From Eledone cirrhosa (taxonomy: Eukaryota): a stretch of 64,000 nt of DNA. Location of the stretch: the NCBI GenBank assembly GCA_964016885.1, contig OZ024749.1, positions 14,136,001 to 14,200,000 of the forward strand, written 5' to 3'. Position numbers and translations under genes: made by a program. A model generated the notes under the pieces. It saw only the letters and a list, made by a program, of their open reading frames with translations, did no database searches and was not told the origin of the DNA. Each line of letters begins with the position of its first letter. Within the stretch, counting starts at the first letter, position 1. Below, piece after piece: positions 56,747-64,000 of this stretch.

Positions 56747-58200
56747 AACTTGCTAGAAGCCATAGTATTTAGATTGCTAGCTGTACTGGTGTTTAGATTG
56801 CTAGAGGCCATAGTATTTAGATTGCTAGCTGTCCTTGTGTTTAACTTGCTAGAAGCCATAGTATTTAGATTGCTAGCTGTACTGGTGTTTAACTTGCTAG
56901 AAGCCATAGTATTTAGATTGCTAGCTGTACTGGTGTTTAAATTGCTAGAGGCCATAGTATTTAGATTGCTAGCTGTCCTGGTGTTTAACTTGCTAGAAGC
57001 CATAGTATTTAGATTGCTAGCTGTACTGGTGTTTAACTTGCTAGAGGCCATAGTATTTAGATTGCTAGCTGTACTGGTGTTTAGATTGCTAGAGGCCATA
57101 GTATTTAGATTGCTAGCTGTACTGGTGTTTAGATTGCTAGAGGCCATAGTGTATAGATTGCTAGCTGTACTGGTGTTTAACTTGCTAGAGGCCATAGTGT
57201 ATAGATTGCTAGCTGTACTGGTGTTTAACTTGCTAGAGGCCATAGTATTTAGATTGCTAGCTATACTGGTATTTAGATTGCTAGAGGCCATAGTATTTAG
57301 ATTGCTAGCTGTACTGGTGTTTAACTTGCTAGAGGCCATAGTGTATAGATTGCTAGCTGTACTGGTGTTTAACTTGCTAGAGGCCATAGTATTTAGGTTG
57401 CTAGCTATACTGGTATTTAGATTGCTAGAGGCCATAGTATTTAGATTGCTAGCTGTACTGGTGTTTAACTTGCTAGAGGCCATAGTGTATAGATTGCTAG
57501 CTGTACTGGTGTTTAACTTGCTAGAGGAATAGTGTTTAGATCGTTAGCTGTACTGGTGTTAAACTTGCTAGAGGCCATAGTGTTTAGATTGCTAGCTGTA
57601 CTGGTGTTTAACTTGCTAGAGGCCATAGTGTTTAGATTGCTAGCTGTACTGGTGTTTAACTTGCTAGAGGCCATAGTGCTTAGATTGTAAGCTGTACTGG
57701 TGTTTAACTTGGTAGAAGCCATAGTGTTTAGATTGCTAGCTGTACTGGTGTTTAACTTGGTAGAAGCCATAGTGTTTAGATTGCTAGATGTATTTAACCT
57801 TTTCACATTTAAACCAACTATATCCGGCCAGAATTCTCTCACCTCCTTCTGTTCAAACCAACCGTAACTGGCTGCGCATACTTATGTTAAGGTATTGTTC
57901 TCAAAATAAACATCAAAATCTCGTGGATTCAATATTATGTGAGATAATTATATAAGATAAAGTGTTTATCCTTTACAACAGTAATACAATAGTAAATATA
58001 AAGCAATGCAAATGCTAAAGGGCTAACTTGCTAGATGTTATTGTGTTTAGCTTGCTAGATGTCATGGTGTTTAGCTAGCTAGCTGTACTGATATTTAACT
58101 TGCTAGATGCCATAGTGTTTAGATTGCTAGATAGGGTGTTTAACTTGCTAGATGTAATGGTGTTTAGCTTACTAGATGTGTTTAGCTTGAAAGATGTCTT
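56747..58200. repeat. 48-bp minisatellite built from two 24-bp subunits, interrupted by a piggyBac-type MITE at 57794-58026
   Basis: Unit AACTTGCTAGAGGCCATAGTATTTAGATTGCTAGCTGTACTGGTGTTT; MITE sits at the unit's TTAA. Confidence 0.95.
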
Positions 58201-59366
58201 TAGTCTGCCAGATGTATAAATCATTCATTGAAATACTGCAATACTTGGTACTATTTCCATAACCACACAATAGCTATCCCTGCCAAAGAGAAACAATAGT
58301 GGTAATACTAGTAGTAGTATTAATAGTAGCAGTAGATTAGTAGTAGTAGTAGTAGTAATTACTCCAAGATAATATTCTATAGAAAATTCCAATCTCTTAA
58401 TATCTCTTTTAGTAAAGTCAGAATGTTCCAGAATCTCCATTTTCCATGAGTATATTGTCAACCTTATTGATTCTTATTTCATTGAATTTAGTTTAATAAG
58501 TTCAACTGTCATAGACGTTTGATAAATATAATATTTTATAGAATATGGCGGCAAGATAAATTTAGTTATTGTCTCAAAATATAAGTCAGTTATCGGAAAA
58601 AGAGGTGTAGAGGTGGTAGTGGTGGTGGATAGTGGTCTTAAAATATATATTAGTTATGAGGGGGAAAGAGATGTATGTGGGTAGGTAGGTGGAGGTGGGT
58701 GATAATGGGGGAGGGGGTGCTGGTTGGTGGTGGTGGTGGTGGTTTTCTATATTTTGATTTTATATCATGGAGGGAGAAGGGGTCAAGCATATATTTGTGC
58801 TGACTGAAGCAGTAAATATTGTTGTTGTTGTTGATGCTACTGTTGTTGTTGTTGCTGGTGATGTTGTTGCTGTTGTTATTGTTGCTGTTGATGATAGTGT
58901 TGTCGTTTTTTGTTGAAGCATGAGTGTTGTTATTTATGAAATAACTTATTTATTGTTGTTGTTGTTGTTGCTGTCTGGCTTAGATTTCTTCTTATCTGAT
59001 GTTGTGATGTTCCTGTTGATGTAATTTTCCTGTTGTTGTTGTTGTTGTTGTGTTCCCGTTTTTGTTGCTGTTGTTGTCTGGCTTAGATTTTTTGTCATCT
59101 GATGTTGTTGTTATTGTTGTTGTGATATGCTAAGAAGATTTAAAGCTCAATATGTTTCTACAATCAGCAAATAAAACAAACCAATTCATCCGAAGTTTAA
59201 TCTATTGGGTATAAAAATAATCCCAAATATTACAGAGCATTAAAAATAAGTACATGAATCCTGGGCCTGGTTTCAAAAATGTCTCCTAAATTTTTTAGTA
59301 GTGTGTCCTGCCTGGTGATGAGCCTTATGTGGCTCACTGTTTGAAAAAAGTGGCTCATGCATAATA

Positions 59367-60256
59367 TAGGCCAACTAGGGTAGCCATATAGGGGTCATGC
59401 CTCAGAGAGGGGTATTATAAGGTAGCCATATAGGGGTCATGCCTCAGAGAGGGGTATTGGTGGATTTGCAGTATCGGTAGAGGGTCGGACGCCATGCTTT
59501 GACGCATAGTTATGGCCCTTGCCATTCTGAGTTCAAATCCCGCCAAGGTTGACTTTGCCTTTCATCCTTACGGGGTCGATAGATAAAATAACGTACCAGT
59601 AATACACTGGGATAATTGCTGGCCTTATGCCTAAAGTAGAAACAATTATAGATATATAGAGTACCAGTACTACCAATTAGGCCAACTAGGGTAGCCATAT
59701 AGGGGTCATACCTGAGAGAGGGGTATTATAGGGTAGCCATATAGGGGTCATGCCTCAGAGGGGGGTATTGGTGGATTGGCAGTATCGGTAGAGAGTCGGC
59801 CGCCATGCTTTGCAGCACAGTTACGTCCCTTTACGGATTGCGTTCAAATCCCACCGAGGTTAACTTTGCCTTTCATCCTTACGGGGTCGATAAAATAATG
59901 TACCAGTAATACACTGGGATAATTGCTGGCCTTGTGCCAAAAGTAGAAACAATTATAGATATATGGAGTACCAGTACTACCAATTAGGCCAACTTGGGTA
60001 GCCATATAGGGTTCATACCTGAGAGAGGGCTATTATAGATATATGGAGTACCAGTACTACCAATTAGACCAACTAGGGTAGCCATATAAGGAGTTATACC
60101 TGACATAGGGGTTTTATAGATATATAGAGTACCAGTACTTCCAATTAGGCCAACTAGGGTAGCCATATGGAGGTCATACCTGAGAGAGGGGTTTTATAGA
60201 TATATAGAGTACCAGTACTACCAATTAGACCAACTAGAGTAGCCATATAGGGGTCA
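59367..60256. repeat. ~80-bp tandem repeat carrying two family A SINEs (59457-59648, 59767-59955)
   Basis: GGCCAACTAGGGTAGCCATATAGGGGTCA unit; both SINEs sit at the same unit position. Confidence 0.88.
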
Positions 60257-60566
60257 GATGGTAGATGGGTGCTACACGAGAATGCTGAGGATGGCTCTGA
60301 ACATTAATCAGTATACACTGAAGATGAAGAACACAGAGCTATATGGGAGCCTCCCAAAAGTCAGCTCAAAAGTGACACAGAGGAGATTGAGGTTAGCTGG
60401 ACATGCTCACCGACATCCAGAGTTGACATTGCATTCAGTGCTCCTGTGGGAGCCCCTACATGGACACACTGGAAGAGGAAGATGCAGGACATGGCAGCGA
60501 TAATGAGGGACAGAGACTGCTGGAGAGAACTCGTCCATGGATCTCGGGAATTTTACCCGCCCTAGA
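60257..60566 (+). mobile_element. 3' fragment of a different RTE-like LINE
   Basis: DGCYTRMLRMALNI...RRLRLAGH..RHPE..LLWEP.HG..GRGR. Confidence 0.8.
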
Positions 60567-60894
60567 AAATAGTGGTCATACCTCAGAGAAGTGAATTACA
60601 GACATATACAGTACCAGTGTTATTATTTAGACCAACTAAGATAGCCACTGTTTGACTTTCTGAATGGCATGCTTAATTTCAAAATTGTCTTGGAAGATTT
60701 TAGTTATGAGGCCCACTTTATGATGCACCATACCCCATATGACCCACCATACCCCATATGACCCACCATACCCCATATGACCCAGTGCAATAAACCAACC
60801 AGGGGATCAGACAAAAAATCAATATGATATTGTGAGATCAGTATGTTACCTCTTTAAGAAACTCACATCTCTCCTTACCACAATTCCTTCGTTT

Positions 60895-60950
<56 letters not shown>

Positions 60951-61009
60951 GTATGCATATACATGTATTTAACTGTATGTGTATGCATATATATGTATTT
61001 AACTGTATA

Positions 61010-61053
<44 letters not shown>

Positions 61054-61379
61054 CATATATATATATACACATGTGTACATAAAAGTATGTGTGTGTGTGC
61101 ATGTATATATACACATGTGTACATAAAAGTATGTATATGTATGCATTTATATAGTATATATACACGTGTGTGTGTTTATCTATATATAATTATATATCAG
61201 TTCCAGTCTTACTGTCAGCAGAAAAAAAAATGAATTGGTTTAATTATAGAACAGACTATAGTGGAAATCTCTTTACTGTTTTCATCTTGCTTAGCAACAT
61301 ATATGTGGGGATATGTATATATGTATGTATGTATATATATATATATATATATGTATGTATATATATATGTATGTATGTG

Positions 61380-61412
<33 letters not shown>

Positions 61413-61515
61413 GTATGTATGTATATACGTATATGTATGTATATATATATATATGTGTGTGTGTGTATGTATGTGTGTGTGTGTATGTATGTGGATATAT
61501 GTATATATTATGTGC

Positions 61516-61548
<33 letters not shown>

Positions 61549-62013
61549 AACCATCATCGTTTAACGTCCATCTTCCATGCTAGAATGTGTAGGACTTACA
61601 TATATATGTATATATATGTATATTATGTGTGTGTGTGTATGTGTGCATATATATATATATATAAAACTGTTTGAGTATGTAAGCGTTCTTTGATTTCTTT
61701 TACATATATATATATATGTGTGTGTATGTGTATATATGTATATATTATGTGCGTGTATATATATATATGTGTGTGTGTGTGTATGGGTTTATGTATATGT
61801 GTATGTCTTTCTATACTTGTGTATTTATGTACGTATAAGCATTTATATGTGTATCTAGCTGTGTGTTTGTGTGTGTGTATAAATACATATGTATGTATTT
61901 ATATATGTACATGCATGTGTGTGTATGTATATATATATATATATATACATATATATCGGTATGAGAGAGTCTGTTTGTTTGTATGTTTATGTAGTGTGTA
62001 TGTAACATTTCTC

Positions 62014-62044
<31 letters not shown>

Positions 62045-62100
62045 GTGTGTTTGTGTGTGTGTGATTGTATAGAGAAAGAGTATGTGTGTGTATATATGTG
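60895..62100. repeat. Mixed (TA)n/(TG)n microsatellites with an RTE 3' stub at ~61551-61588
   Basis: CATCATCGTTTAACGTCCATCTTCCATGCT resembles the RTE terminus. Confidence 0.85.
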
Positions 62101-62117
62101 TTTGTTTAAAATACTAA

Positions 62118-62600
62118 GTGACATCTGTTCCCCAGATTTTGTTGATCTGGTGCCACAACCATCTAGCTAGATCCATCTGACTTTCTCATTCCTCCCCTCA
62201 TCTAAAATGACATCTGTTCCCCAGGACTGGTTGAACTGGTACCACCCACACACAGCTAGACCCATATGATTATATCATCATTCACATAATCTACAATGAC
62301 ATCTGTTCCCCAGATCTGGTTGATCTGGTACCATCACCTAGCTAAACCTACATGATTATCTCATCACTCCCCTAACCTACAGTGACATCTGCTCCCCAGA
62401 TCTGGTTGATCTGGTGAACAACACCTAACTAAACCTACATGATTATCTCATCACTCCCCTAACCTACAGTGACATCTGCTCCCCAGATCTGGTTGATCTG
62501 GTGAACAACACCTAACTAAACCTACATGATTATCTCATCACTCCCCTAACCTACAGTGACATCTGCTCCCCAGATCTGCTACATCTGGTGCCATCATTAT
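62118..62600. repeat. ~87-bp tandem repeat, about 6 copies
   Basis: TGACATCTG(T/C)TCCCCAGA recurs, e.g. at 62381, 62468 and 62555. Confidence 0.9.
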
Positions 62601-62739
62601 CTCCCCTCTCATCCACATGGACATATTTTCCTCAGATATTGTTGATGTTGTTCATGTTCATGATGATGTTGCTGTTTTTGTTGTTGATGTTGATACTGTT
62701 GATGTTGTTATTGTTTATCTAAAAAGCTTTATACAGAGA

Positions 62740-63262
62740 TATATATAACATATGTATATATAATATATATATAACATATATATGTATATATAATATTATA
62801 TATATAACATATATATGTATATATAATATTATATATATAACATATATATGTATATATAATATTATATATATAACATATATATGTATATATAATATTATAT
62901 ATATAACATATATATGTATATATAATATTATATATATAACATATATATGTATATATAATATTATATATATAACATATATATGTATATATAATATTATATA
63001 TATAACATATGTATGTATATATAATATTATATATATAATATATAAATATACATATAATATATATTATATATATAATTTATTTATATAATATGTATATATT
63101 ATATTGTGTGTATATCTATAATATATTTATAAATATATAATATAAATATATATATATATATTATTATATTATATATATATATATTATATTATATATATAT
63201 TATATTATATATATATTATATTATATATATATATCTATTATCTATATATTATATTATATATA

Positions 63263-63303
<41 letters not shown>

Positions 63304-64000
63304 TATATATATATCTATTATATTATATATATATCTATTATATTATATATATATCTATTATATTATATATATATCTATTATATTATATATATATCTATTA
63401 TATTATATATATATCTATTATATTATATATATATATATTATATATATATCTATTATATTATATATCTATTATATTATATATATATCTATTATATTATATA
63501 TATATATATTATATTATATATATATCTATTATATTATATATCTATTATATTATATGTATATCTATTATATATATATATATATCTATTATATATATATATA
63601 TATCTATTATATATATATATATATTATATTATATATATATCTATTATATTATATATATATCTATTATATATATATATATATCTATTATATATATATATAT
63701 ATATCTATTATATATATTATATATATATATATATTATATTATATATATATATATATTATATTATATATATATCTATTATATATATATATATATCTATTAT
63801 ATATATATATATATCTATTATATATATATATATATCTATTATATATATTATATATATATATATATTATATTATATATATATCTATTATATATTATATATA
63901 TATCTATTATATATATATATATATCTATTATATATATTATATATATATTATATATATATATCTATTATATATATTATATATATATTATATATATATATAT
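62740..64000. repeat. AT-rich minisatellites (~32-bp, then ~20-bp TATTATATATATATCTATTA units)
   Basis: Direct reading. Confidence 0.97.

Noticed and set aside
56561-57842. 323-aa hydrophobic and 252-aa Ser/Thr/Asn repeat proteins
   Set aside because: Both strands are open only because the 24/48-bp unit lacks stops; the array is interrupted by a MITE

Overview
Eukaryotic, AT-rich, repeat-dominated animal DNA. The SINE types, huge (TA)n tracts and RTE/Penelope content suggest an octopod cephalopod; this is inference. Bases 1-35 kb form a pile-up of retroelements separated almost only by (TA)n/(TATG)n tracts: three RTE-clade LINE copies with a PHD finger inside the RT (one fused to a 7.6-kb, 20-unit tandem array with an 8-unit higher-order repeat, one with a twin-priming 5' inversion), two CR1-group LINE copies (ORF1 with Myb/SANT-like, polyQ and two CCCH fingers), a Penelope-like element with hammerhead ribozymes, and a bipartite non-autonomous RTE derivative. 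One host coding exon resembling anoctamin/TMEM16 lies at 35144-35271 (+), so most of the window is probably intron. The rest holds tRNA-derived SINEs, MITEs, a Helitron remnant, old LINE fragments, minisatellites and a 200-N gap. The long IY/YM ORFs are microsatellite artefacts. All calls come from reading the sequence and recalling motifs; no searches were run.
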